Assembly (NCBI GenBank): GCA_002269645.1
Contig: NIVC01003301.1
Span: 1-39,530, forward strand
Reading direction: 5' to 3'
DNA: 39,530 nucleotides
From: Macrostomum lignano
Lineage: Eukaryota
Of the stretch, positions 8,998 to 21,457 are shown piece by piece (position 1 is the stretch's first letter; every line of letters starts with the position of its first letter). The notes under the pieces were generated by a model, which was given only the letters and a program-made list of their open reading frames with translations, was not told the DNA's origin and searched no databases. A program made the translations under genes and the position numbers.

Positions 8998-9663
8998 ATC
9001 ACAAACCCGAAATAGCATAAAAACCCGAAATAGCATAAAAACCCGAAATAGCATAAAAACCCGAAATAGCATAAAAACCCGAAATAGCATAAAAACCCGA
9101 AATAGCATAAAAACCCGAAATAGCATAAAAACCCGAAATAGCATAAAAACCCGAAATAGCATAAAAACCCGAAATATCATAAACCCGAAATATCACAAAC
9201 CCGAAATATCATAAACCCGAAATATCATAAACCCGAAATATCACAAACCCGAAATATCAAACTCGAAATATCATAAAAACCCGAAATATCATAAACCCGA
9301 AATATCATAAACCCGAAATATCACAAACCCGAAATATCAAACTCGAAATATCATAAAAACCCGAAATATCATAAACCCGAAATATCATAAACCCGAAATA
9401 TCACAAACCCGAAATATCATAAACCCGAAATATCACAAAAACCCGAAATATCACAAACCCGAAATATCACAACTCCGAAATATCACAAACCCGAAATATC
9501 ACAGACTAGAAATATCATAAACCCAAAACATTACAAACCCATGAAGTGTCACAAACAAGGACAAACAAGGTTGTTAAGTAGTCCTTGGTCACAAACCCGA
9601 AATATCATAAGCCCGAATTATCACAAATATTTCGGGTTTTTTGTGATATTTCGGGTTTGTGAT
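8998..9663. mobile_element. TIR-bounded element filled with 16-18 bp tandem copies of its own terminal motif
   Basis: ATCACAAACCCGAAATA at 8998 and TATTTCGGGTTTGTGAT ending at 9663. Interior is (aaacccgaaatagcataa)n then (aaacccgaaatatcat)n. CCCC on both flanks. Confidence 0.7.
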
Positions 9664-9738
9664 CCCCCTCCGCCGAAGGCTCTGCGCCACAGGGTTGTCA
9701 ACCAGGAGTAAATTTCAAGCCGACCGAACACACCGCAG

Positions 9739-10038
9739 GCTATCTGGTCGGAGGCGTCTGTGCCATCAGCGGCGTGTTGGTCATCGCCCTGCCGGTGCCC
9801 ATCATCGTGAACAACTTCGCCCTGTACTACACCCACGCGCAGGCGCGGCTCAAGCTGCCTAAACGAAAGAAGCGCGTTTTGGTTGGCGCACCAGACGCGC
9901 TGAAGCAGACAGTCGGCTCGCTGTCCGAAGTTGGCGACGACTTCATCCCCGGATTCGGCGGCGGCGACTACAGCGAGAGCGACGACACCGAAGACTCGTC
10001 GGCGGAGGATGCGGCAGCAAGTCAAGACGAGAAGCTCA
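9739..10038 (+). CDS. Shaw: Kv3 exon: S6 and proximal C-terminus
   Basis: Acceptor CCGCAG| at 9738, phase 1. [48 protein letters not shown]. Donor CTCA|GTGAGT at 10039, phase 1. Confidence 0.96.
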
Positions 10039-10135
10039 GTGAGTGCCGTCATAAAATTTCAAGCATTCTGTGAGCGCCCTGGCAATGAGTCAGAGCTGCT
10101 GCGCATGTACACCCTTTTAAGGGCCTTTTAAAGGT

Positions 10136-10435
10136 AATTTTTAGAGGCCAATTTCCTGGAAAAATGCACTGCGAACGTAAACTCAAGATCGTTTAATTTT
10201 TTAAAGGCCAATTTCCTGGAAAAATGCACTGCGAACGTAAACTCAAGATCGTGTAATTTTTTAAAGGCCAATTTCCTGGAAAAATGCACTGCAGACGTAA
10301 ACTCAAGATCGTGTAAGTTTTTAAAGGCCAATTTCCTGGAAAAATGCACTGCGGACGTAAACTCAAGATCGTGTAATTTTTTGAAGGCCTCTTTCCTGGA
10401 AAAAATGCACTGCGGACGTAAACTCAAGATCTCAA
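10136..10435. repeat. 60-bp tandem repeat, ~5 copies
   Basis: ttaaaggccaatttcctggaaaaatgcactgc.gacgtaaactcaagatcgtgtaattttt recurs at 60-nt spacing. Confidence 0.95.
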
Positions 10436-10872
10436 GTTCATACACACATGCATACGCAGTCAGTGCATAGATAGAACCTTGGGATTATGTAGTAAAAAGA
10501 TAACAACATGAAAATAAAACTGTCACTACACAGCTATAAAAATAGCTGTGTTAGCTGTGTGTGCTAAGTTAAAATAATGGTAATCTTCACAATTGCGGAA
10601 ATGTAACTCAAAAAAGGGGGTTGAGACTTTCCAACTGGACACGTTCACGTATTTTAGTCAATTGATGCGTACTTGAAAGACAGAAACAGCTGTGGGGCTG
10701 GGGTGAGGATGTTAGACACATTGACGCAAAGTCGTGCAAATGAAGGCCGGGTTTCATTTCAAATTCATTAGCGAGACAAAAGTTGTCAAGTTATTTTTAG
10801 ACAAAACTGACTTTTTAAAACTCGATGCTTTTCACCCAAAGACCAACGGCTCGGCCCCCGAGACGCCTCCAG

Positions 10873-10944
10873 GCATCACCGTAGAGTTTATGGATGTTCA
10901 GTCCAGCAGCAAGAAGTCCCTGCGCAGTTCGCTAGCTGTTCCAG
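10873..10944 (+). CDS. Kv3 C-terminal exon (72 nt, phase 1-1)
   Basis: CCTCCAG| acceptor and CCAG|GTAAAT donor. (S)ITVEFMDVQSSSKKSLRSSLAVP; phase fits both neighbours. Confidence 0.55.
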
Positions 10945-11082
10945 GTAAATTGACTTAGGTATAATTAATGTCTAATTAATATTCATTATTTTTGATGAGC
11001 ATTTAAAGTCTACTTCAGAGGGACGAAATTTTTATAGCGGTTCTGAGAAGATGCTGATTGAGACCTGATGATTATTGATTTA

Positions 11083-12245
11083 GAGCCTGAAGGTGACTGA
11101 TTGAGACCTGAAGGTTATTGATTCAGACCTGAAGGTCATTGATTCAGACCTGAGGGTTATAGATTCAGACCTGAAGGTCATTGATTCAGACCTGAGGGTT
11201 ATAGATTCAGACCTGAAGGTCATTGATTCAGACCTGAGGGTTATAGATTCAGACCTGAAGGTCATTGATTCAGACCTGAGGGTTATAGATTCAGACCTGA
11301 AGGTCATTGATTCAGACCTGAGGGTTATAGATTCAGACCTGAAGGTTGTTCATTTAGACCTGAAGGTTATTCATTTAGACCTGAAGGCTATTCATTTAGA
11401 CCTGAAGGCTATTCATTTAGACCTGAAGGCTATTCATTTAGACCTGAAGGTTATTCATTTAGACCTGAAGGCTATTCATTTAGACCTCAAGGTTATTCAT
11501 TTAGACCTGAAGGTTATTCATTTAGACCTGAAGGTTATTCATTTAGACCTGAGGGTTATAGATTCAGACCTGAAGGTCATTGATTCAGACCTGAGGGTTA
11601 TAGATTCAGACCTGAAGGTCATTGATTCAGACCTGAGGGTTATAGATTCAGACCTGAAGGTCATTGATTCAGACCTGAGGGTTATAGATTCAGACCTGAA
11701 GGTCATTGATTCAGACCTGAGGGTTATAGATTCAGACCTGAAGGTTGTTCATTTAGACCTGAAGGTTATTCATTTAGACCTGAAGGCTATTCATTTAGAC
11801 CTGAAGGCTATTCATTTAGACCTGAAGGCTATTCATTTAGACCTGAAGGTTATTCATTTAGACCTGAAGGCTATTCATTTAGACCTCAAGGTTATTCATT
11901 TAGACCTGAAGGTTATTCATTTAGACCTGAAGGTTATTCATTTAGACCTGAGGGTTATAGATTCAGACCTGAAGGTCATTGATTCAGACCTGAGGGTTAT
12001 AGATTCAGACCTGAAGGTTGTTCATTTAGACCTGAAGGTTATTCATTTAGATCTGAGGGTTATAGATTCAGACCTGAAGGTCATTGATTCAGACCTGAAG
12101 GTCATTGATTGAGACCTGAGGGTTGTTCATTTAGACCTAAAAGTTATTGATTTAGACTTGAAGGTCATTGAGTCAGACCTGAAGGTCATTGAGTTAGACC
12201 TGAAGGTTATTACTTTCGACCTGAAAGTGTCGATTTGAATCTGAA
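11083..12245. repeat. 21-bp satellite with a 399-bp higher-order repeat
   Basis: Units gattcagacctgaaggtcatt / catttagacctgaaggttatt. Diagnostic variants recur at 11341/11740 and 11482/11881. Confidence 0.96.
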
Positions 12246-12518
12246 GGCACCCACTTATGCCTTAAAACGTTTTCCATTAGAGAATTGCCTTTAAGAACCT
12301 CTTTTGTCAAAATTTCCTCATCAAAACGTAATTAGCAATTGACTTGACTTTCACAACTCTAATGCAGGATGAGCTAAAAATTGAATTGGTCAAATTTCTG
12401 CAGTCTAATTAATTAATAAAAAGTACAAATACTCAAAACCAAAGCAACTTTGCTAACGACACAATTAATGATAGAACCAAAGAGATAAGAATATCTCCGG
12501 TCATTTTCCAACTCGTCT

Positions 12519-13500
12519 CATGTCGATAGAAGTGTCGATAGAAATGTCGATAGAAATGTCGATAGAAATGTCGATAGAAATGCTGATAGAAATGTCGATA
12601 GAAATGTCGATAGAAATGTCGATAGAAATGTCGATAGAAATGTCGATAGAAATGTCGATAGAAATGCTGATAGAAATGTCGATAGAAATGCCGATAGAAA
12701 TGTCGATAGAAATGCCGATAGAAATGTCGATAGAAATGCTGATAGAAATGTCGATAGAAATGTCGATAGAAATGTCGATAGATATGTCGATAGAAATGTC
12801 GATAGAAATGCCGATAGAAATGTCGATAGAAATGTCGATATAAGTTTCGATAAAAAAGTCGATAGAAATATCAATAGAAATGTCGATAGAAATGTCGATA
12901 GAAATGTCGATAGAAACTTCGATAGAAATGTCGATAGAAATGTCGATAGAAATGTCGATAGAAATGTCGATAGAAATGTCGATAGAAATGTCGATAGAAG
13001 TGTCGATAGAAATGTCGATAGAAATGTCGATAGAAATGTCGATAGAAACTTCGATAGAAATGTCGATAGAAATGTCGATAGAAATGTCGATAGAAATGCT
13101 GATAGAAATGTCGATAGAAATGCCGATAGAAATGTCGATAGAAATGTCGATAGAAATGTCGATAGAAATGCTGATAGAAATGTCGATAGAAATGTCGATA
13201 AAAATGTCGATAGAAATGCTGATAGAAATGTCGATAGAAATGTCGATAGAAATGTCGATAGAAATGTCGATAGAAATGTCGATAGAAATGTCGATAGAAA
13301 TGCTGATAGAAATGTCGATAGAAATGTCGATAGAAATGTCGATAGAAATGTCGATAGAAATGTCGATAGAAATGTCGATAGAAATGTCGATAGAAATGCT
13401 GATAGAAATGTCGATAGAAATGCTGATAGAAATGTCGATAGAAATGCTGATAGAAATGTCGATAGAAATGTCGATAGAAATGTCGATAGAAATTATTGAT
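12519..13500. repeat. 12-bp minisatellite (gtcgatagaaat)n, ~80 units
   Basis: Directly visible; source of the MSIE/ISID/FYRH ORFs. Confidence 0.98.
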
Positions 13501-13645
13501 ATAAGCGTCGATAGAAGTGTCGATAGACATTTTAATAGAAATGGCACTGAAAGGATAAGTAGCTCTAGAAATGGAAGAGACGCCAGTGCTGTCGCTGACA
13601 CCATAGGTTCATGGAAGCAACCTCCCCGCTCCTTCATTTCAACAG

Positions 13646-13849
13646 ACGGTTCAGGAAACTCGGACGGTCAAGACTCTCCTGGAAGCAACGGTGGAGGCGC
13701 AGCAACAGCAGCAGCAGCAGCAGCAGGCGGCAGTCAGAACAGCATTTCAGTTCAGCGCAATCCCCGCCTGCAGAGAAGGTCGAGCCTTCGGCCCAACGGA
13801 GCAGCTTCGACTTCGGGAACCTCTGGCGACGAGCAGAGATCAAAGCAGG
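13646..13849 (+). CDS. Kv3 C-terminal exon (204 nt, phase 1-1); read-through would stop at 13914
   Basis: TTCATTTCAACAG| acceptor. (D)GSGNSDGQDSPGSNGGGAATAAAAAAGGSQNSISVQRNPRLQRRSSLRPNG... Donor G|GTGAGC at 13850. Confidence 0.62.
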
Positions 13850-14115
13850 GTGAGCCGCCGGTAGCCTCTGATGAAGACGGATTGGCTGGCCTCTTTTACT
13901 CGAGTATGCGTTAGAAAGTGCGCGCTATTGTAAACTTCTGCTTTACGTTTGTCCTTTCTCTTAGCGTAAGTGGCATCGCGCAGAGTCTAAATTTGGCTCC
14001 AATAACTCGTAAGTTTGAGTTGGCCTAATGAAATCAGACAGGAAGGGAGCCTCCTCTGCTCTTGCCTTGGTGTGCTTTGGCAGGGAGTGAGCTCTGGCAG
14101 AAGGGCTGATGGATG

Positions 14116-15904
<1,789 letters not shown>

Positions 15905-16402
15905 CTAATTTATATAATATATTAATCGCTAGATACATAAACACTGAGCTCCAAATGCACCGTACAATGTTGCATATTTTTACCACTGGCTTAAGCACAT
16001 CGAATCTGCCTCTGTCAATACCTTGGCCGGCCTTCGGGCATCAAGCTGAGACACAGAGTTCCGGCGCACTGCAGAACGATCAGGCTCGTTGCGCCCAGGC
16101 TAATGCCGGCTTGATTAAAGTTTGCCGCCCCGCTCTTGCGCCGAAGGTTCAGCTGGAATGGCCAGCTTATCAGCTGCCCGGGGTAGGAGCAGATTAGATT
16201 AGAATGAGTTTCCCGAGCGCTCAAAGTCTCTCTGAAACAGCTGTAACCTTTTGCTGAAAAAAATAGGTTGATTGACCTGAATGAGTTGTATTTTGTGGCT
16301 TCGAGTAAGGAAATATTCGCAATACATGTATAAGTTCGCTTTTTGGAGCGTGAACGGAGGACTTGTTGGTTTCAACTGAAGTTCAGATTACGCCTAATAT
16401 CA

Positions 16403-16403
<1 letters not shown>

Positions 16404-16441
<38 letters not shown>

Positions 16442-17298
16442 GGCAGACAGGCAGACAGGCAGACATACAGGCAGACAGGCAGACAGACAGACAGAAAGGC
16501 AGGCAGGCAGGCAGACAGGCAGACAGACAGGCAGACAGACAGGCAGACAGACAGATAGACAGAAAGGCAGGCAGACAGACAGGCAGACAGACAGACAGAC
16601 AGACAGACAGACAGGCAGACAGGCAGACAGGCAGGCAGACAGGCAGGCAGACAGGCAGACAGACAGGCAGGCAGACAGACAGGCAGACAGACAGGCAGAC
16701 AGACAGACAGACAGACAGACAGGCAGGCAGACAGGCAGACAGGCAGACATACAGGCAGACAGGCAGACAGACAGGCAGACAGGCAGGCAGACAGGCAGAC
16801 AGACAGGCAGACAGACAGGCAGAAAGACAGGCAGACAGACAGGCAGACAGACAGACAGAAAGGCAGGCAGGTAGGCAGACAGACAGACAGACAGGCAGAC
16901 AGGCAGGCAGACAGACAGACAGAAAGGCAGGCAGACAGACAGGCAGACAGGCAGACAGACAGGCAGACAGACAGGCAGACAGACAGACAGACAGAAAGGC
17001 AGGCAGACAGACAGGCAGGCAGACAGACAGACAGACAGAAAGGCAGACAGACAGGCAGACAGACAGGCAGGCAGACAGACAGACAGACAGAAAGGCAGGC
17101 AGACAGGCAGGCAGACAGACAGACAGAAAGGCAGGCAGACAGACAGGCAGACAGGCAGACAGACAGGCAGACAGACAGACAGACAGAAAGGCAGGCAGGC
17201 AGGCAGGCAGACAGGCAGACAGACAGGCAGACAGACAGGCAGACAGACAGACAGACAGAAAGGCAGGCAGACAGGCAGGCAGACAGACAGGCAGGCAG
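16404..17298. repeat. Compound (AGAC/AGGC)n microsatellite
   Basis: Directly visible mixture of GACA, GGCA and occasional GAAA units. Confidence 0.98.
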
Positions 17299-17311
17299 CC
17301 CACAACCGCAG

Positions 17312-17407
17312 AGCACATAAACATTCCAGCCCTATTCAAGCGGGCCAACAGCTACGGAGATGCATACTCTATCGTGGAGGGTCTCGGCCGCTCATGGCCA
17401 GCCTCCG
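17312..17407 (+). CDS. Probable Kv3 C-terminal exon (96 nt, phase 1-1)
   Basis: CCGCAG| acceptor and G|GTAAGA donor. (E)HINIPALFKRANSYGDAYSIVEGLGRSWPAS. Confidence 0.5.
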
Positions 17408-17700
17408 GTAAGAACCTGTCGCGGTCACATACGGTCACATACGGTCACATTGAAGCGCACTGCACTACAGAATCACAGAGAAACCTTGTTCAAGAGAACA
17501 TTGGCAAAGCAGCTCGAGGCTCACTTGCAGCATGAGACCCTACTGTAAAACGTCACTTTTGTTCTCTAGGGAGCTGCCTCACTAAACTCTGACATTTCAA
17601 ATCACAAAGCAAACAAGCTACGGTCACCAGTCACAGCATCAGAGCTCAATGAAGTCTCAGCTAAAACTGTCCACTCCTGCCGCATTTCAATCATTGAAAG

Positions 17701-17832
17701 CGTCCAGGTCGTTCCGCGCTCGCAAAGTGGACAGACGGGCAGCGATCGGCACCGTGACAGAAGCCGCCACGCCGCTGCTGCAGCAGATGACTTTGCCCGC
17801 TGTGGGCGAGCACCGATCGGATGACCCGCCAG
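17701..17832 (+). CDS. Possible Kv3 C-terminal exon (132 nt, or 138 nt to 17838; phase 1-1)
   Basis: Weak AAG| acceptor at 17700. (A)SRSFRARKVDRRAAIGTVTEAATPLLQQMTLPAVGEHRSDDPP. Donors G|GTGCAG (17833) or G|GTACAG (17839); read-through stop at 17861. Confidence 0.4.
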
Positions 17833-18399
17833 GTGCAGGTACAGCAGCGAAAGCCCCGTGAAGAAGGCTTCACTGAACCATCCATCACAAGCAGAGAAAA
17901 ATTCGGCTTTTCACACGAATGTTGCATCTCTTCCTTCACTGGGCAGGCATTTTCAATTCTAAAAATCTAAAAAGGACTTTCCTGCCCTGCGTACCAGCTA
18001 TATGCACCTGCTGAGGAAAGTGAAGCCATTGTGGCTTAGACTGGAATGAGAATTTTGTCAGCTGCTGTGTCGTCAGAAGGCCTACAAAATGTATTTGCGG
18101 TGCCGAAGGTCTAGGAGATAAAATATCCCTAACCCTCAGCTTTTCTTGGAAATTTTGCAGAAAGAATAGCTAGGATTTTAAGTTTCATGCGAACCTCACT
18201 TTGGGGTAAAGCAGTCTACATGTACGAGCGGTCTAGAATGGTGAATAGATATAGATGATAATTGTGGGCAGCTTGGCAATTTCTAGAAGACCGTCAGGAA
18301 CAGAGAGAGAAATATTCAGAATTTAGAGGAATTCTAGCCTCTATAGTAGAAACTTCGTTCGATTTTCAAAAGGTCATAAAAGGGACATGATACAGACTT

Positions 18400-18825
18400 T
18401 GAGCGGATCATAGTAGACACCTTAGACTTTCAGCAAGTCATTAAAGATATCATAGACTTCCAGCAGGTCATGAAAGATATCATAAACTTCCAACAGGTCA
18501 TTGAAGATATCATAGACTTCCAACAGGTCATATAGTAGACATCATAGACTTCCAACAGGTCATTGAAGATATCATAGACTTCCAACAGGTCATGAAAGAT
18601 ATCATAGACTTCCAACAGGTCATTGAAGATATCATAGACTTCCAGCAGGTCATTGAAGATATCATAGACTTCCAGCAGGTCATGAAAGATATCATAGACT
18701 TCCAACAGGTCATATAGTAGACATCATAGACTTCCAACAGGTCATTGAAAATATCAAAGACTTTCAGAAGGTCATAAAATAGATCATAGACTGACAGAAG
18801 GTCATAAAAATATCATAGACAGAAG
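18400..18825. repeat. 30-bp minisatellite (tcatagacttccaacaggtcattgaagata)n, ~13 copies with degenerate flanks
   Basis: Directly visible. Confidence 0.94.
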
Positions 18826-19122
18826 CTCATTGAGGATAAGCTTACATGTACGTTGGTCATAAAGGACGCTTTAATATCTTCGTGTGGTTTATATAGAGAA
18901 AATTTCAAATCTGAGTGCCCCGTTGAGCAGGTCATGGCCAATGAATCTCACCATACTAAAACCCTAATTCGCTCGCAATTTTTCGCTCTTAAAAGCTTTA
19001 GCTGCTCGAATGAAAGAGATCCCATCCAACTGAGCGGCCCAATATATTCGGGGGTGCTCAGAGAAAAAAGTGAAGCAATTATAAGAGGCTGCTGTGATTA
19101 AATTCGAAGACTTTTGTGCCAG

Positions 19123-19158
19123 TTGTGGCGGAATGCCTGGCAACAATTCCGGCTGCGG
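19123..19158 (+). CDS. Candidate 36-nt mini-exon (phase 1-1)
   Basis: TTTTGTGCCAG| ... G|GTGAGC, reading (V)VAECLATIPAA. Supported only by splice signals and phase. Confidence 0.2.
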
Positions 19159-20183
19159 GTGAGCAGCCGAGCCAACTCGAAGTTGAAGCCAAGTGTAAAT
19201 TGCCCGGCACTTCTCTCGTCAAAAGCGGCTCTCTCGCTCAAGTGCACTTTATGAGATCCGATGATGGAAATTCCTTTTTAGACTTTTTTTTCCGAATGCG
19301 CGCGTGTTCGAGTTTTTTTTTCTGACACGGTCAAAACTTTTTCTTGCATTCTAATCTTTTAGGATTTTCCTATCGTGTTAAAATTCATTGTGTCAAATTC
19401 AAATTCAAATTCAATTCAAATGGGGCTGAAATTTATTCTACTTATAGTAGGTTTGAAGTCGAAAATATAAAAATGGTGAAAAATTTGCTGCAGGATACAC
19501 TTAGAAGTTTGTTATTTTTGAAATTTTAAAGAAATTATGTTGATATATCATATCTCACTTGAGGTATAGTCTACAGTTACAAACAAGAATTAGCTCGTTG
19601 TTATTTGTTAATGCTAAAAATTTAAATAGAAAAAATATTTGCTTCAAAAACAATAGTGCAGGCTTCAATTTAAATTAAAGGCTTGTAACTAAAAAGTTTT
19701 ATAAGTCCATTTTTTCCTTTAGATTGTCACTTCAAAGGCTTATTCTCTTATCTCAGTCACAAGTTTACTAAATATTTCATTAAGTTTTTATTCGTGCAAG
19801 TTCCTAGTTAGACTTTATTTCCCAAAACTCTACTTAACTCTCTCGTCGCGGCTGTGTTAGCAGCTGAGGGAGCGGTTTATTGCAGACCGGCCTCCCCAGT
19901 CTCGGATTCGACATCATTTCTGCTGTTCGGTACGGCGTTAAAATATTTTTTCAGCGCAGCCTAAATATCTACTGATCGATGTTTATGTATTCGTGTACAT
20001 AATCGTGTACATAATGTAGTCGTGTAGTTTCTTAGAAATTCGCACCGCAGTAAAACAAAGTAGACTTCGTGCAATTACGAACTTTTATATTCTTACTAAT
20101 CTACTAGCTGGAATGTTTGATTATATTATTAGAATATTTATTTATCTATTGATTAATCATTTAAATTATAACTTTATCGGTTC

Positions 20184-20640
20184 TGATCGGTGACCGGACA
20201 TTTCGTCAACAGGGCGTTTCGTTAACCTGCATTTCGTCAACCAGACATTACGGCAACTCAGCAAATTTCAGTGCTGATTTTTATAGCTGCACCAGCCAGA
20301 GAATGTAGGAAGTGGTAATGCGATGTCAAATTTGTTAAAAACGTGTACACTTCTTGAAAGTAAATTTTCGTAGATACGTTTGCTCCTCAATGGTGTCGCG
20401 CCTTGGGGTTGCATCGTGCAGCTGAACAATTGAAAAATGTCTCGTGGGCGTCGACGAGCTCAAAAATTCCCTGTTTGCGTTTGTTACCCTCTGTCTTAAA
20501 AATATTTTTGCCTTAAATATGTTAACGTTAACGGCTAACATGACGGACGAATGATTTTTTGCTTGAACCAATAGTCCGGTTGCCGTAATGTCTGGTTGAC
20601 AAACTACCAGTTGACGAAATGTCCTGGAACCTTCCGATCA
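20184..20640. mobile_element. MITE with nested inverted repeats
   Basis: GGACATTTCGTCAAC / GTTGACGAAATGTCC and CCAGACATTACGGCAAC / GTTGCCGTAATGTCTGG are exact reverse complements. Outer TGATCGG / CCGATCA. Confidence 0.85.
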
Positions 20641-21306
20641 TTTCCTACGCTCGTATTTTTCTATACAAACGTACATGATCATTATACATAAAGTTAACGA
20701 CAAAAAGTTGACTGAACAAACAAATATTTTTAACAACGAATCGTTTTAATACGAATAGCTAATTCATTTGGCACCATCGAATCATAAAAGCAAAAAACAT
20801 CTGATGAAGTACGCTCTCGTGCATGTATATGAGCGTACATGCAGTATATATGATATGGAATTTGCACTTATTTACTTGATCTTTTACATTCTCTCCGTGC
20901 GTAAACTATAATAATGTTTAAATTAATGTTTATTCTCTCTGCACTGGTACACTACTGCACGGCGCATTTATATTGGGCACTTTTAGTGCGCACATACAAT
21001 TTATGGCTATTATATGGCTACCAGTCTCTAATCTGCACTGCACATTATAAAAAGTCGATACATTGTATATAGCCACTGCACTTGTTTAGTTTACATGTCA
21101 TGTGAAGGCTTCCTAGCTATCTTAGTATTTCCAGATTTTACATGGATGCATGTAGGTAAAAGGTATTTTATTAGTTGCATTTTTTACTTTTAATTGGCTG
21201 ATATATTTTGTTTTAATTTTCATTAATCGATATCGGTATATCGAACGTCGTCAGAACTAACCATCCCCCAATAAATACGCGATCTTCCCTTCAACCGCCA
21301 CCACAG

Positions 21307-21449
21307 AGAGCACCCCGGACTCTGACAGCTTCCTGACGCCCCGAGTGAGCCTGATGCCCGAGCCGTCAAATCCCAAGGACCGCCGACGGAGGTCGCTCAC
21401 CCCCGGAGTGATCACGACCGGTGCCTCATCATCCAGCGGAGCTATTTAA
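21307..21449 (+). CDS. Probable terminal coding exon of the Kv3 gene
   Basis: GC-rich island in AT-rich DNA; CCACAG| acceptor, phase 1. (E)STPDSDSFLTPRVSLMPEPSNPKDRRRRSLTPGVITTGASSSSGAI* with AATAAA 2 nt after the stop. Confidence 0.62.
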
Positions 21450-21451
21450 TT

Positions 21452-21457
21452 AATAAA
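21452..21457 (+). terminator. Polyadenylation signal AATAAA
   Basis: Immediately follows the TAA at 21447-21449. Confidence 0.45.

Noticed and set aside
10842-10872. Upstream acceptor (AAG| at 10841) adding TNGSAPETPP
   Set aside because: It is phase 0 in the coding frame and incompatible with the phase-1 donor at 10038.
12519-13500. 12-mer array as tandem DRE (TATCGATA) sites
   Set aside because: Units read TGTCGATA, a mismatch to the palindrome, and nothing indicates a promoter here.
12501-13637. ISID / MSIE / FYRH repeat ORFs, and likewise those at 333-1192, 4963-5449, 7660-8502, 8929-9214, 11080-11307, 16363-17348, 18430-18737 and 32659-33892
   Set aside because: All are translations of intronic tandem repeats; only the unique tails matching the listed exons are kept.
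20801-20840. Hammerhead-like CTGATGA followed by an 8-bp stem (GTACGCTC/GAGCGTAC)
   Set aside because: The stem is followed by ATGC instead of the required GAAA and no stems I/III are evident. Other CTGATGA sites (3589, 13868, 34548, and minus strand near 28714) also lack the core.
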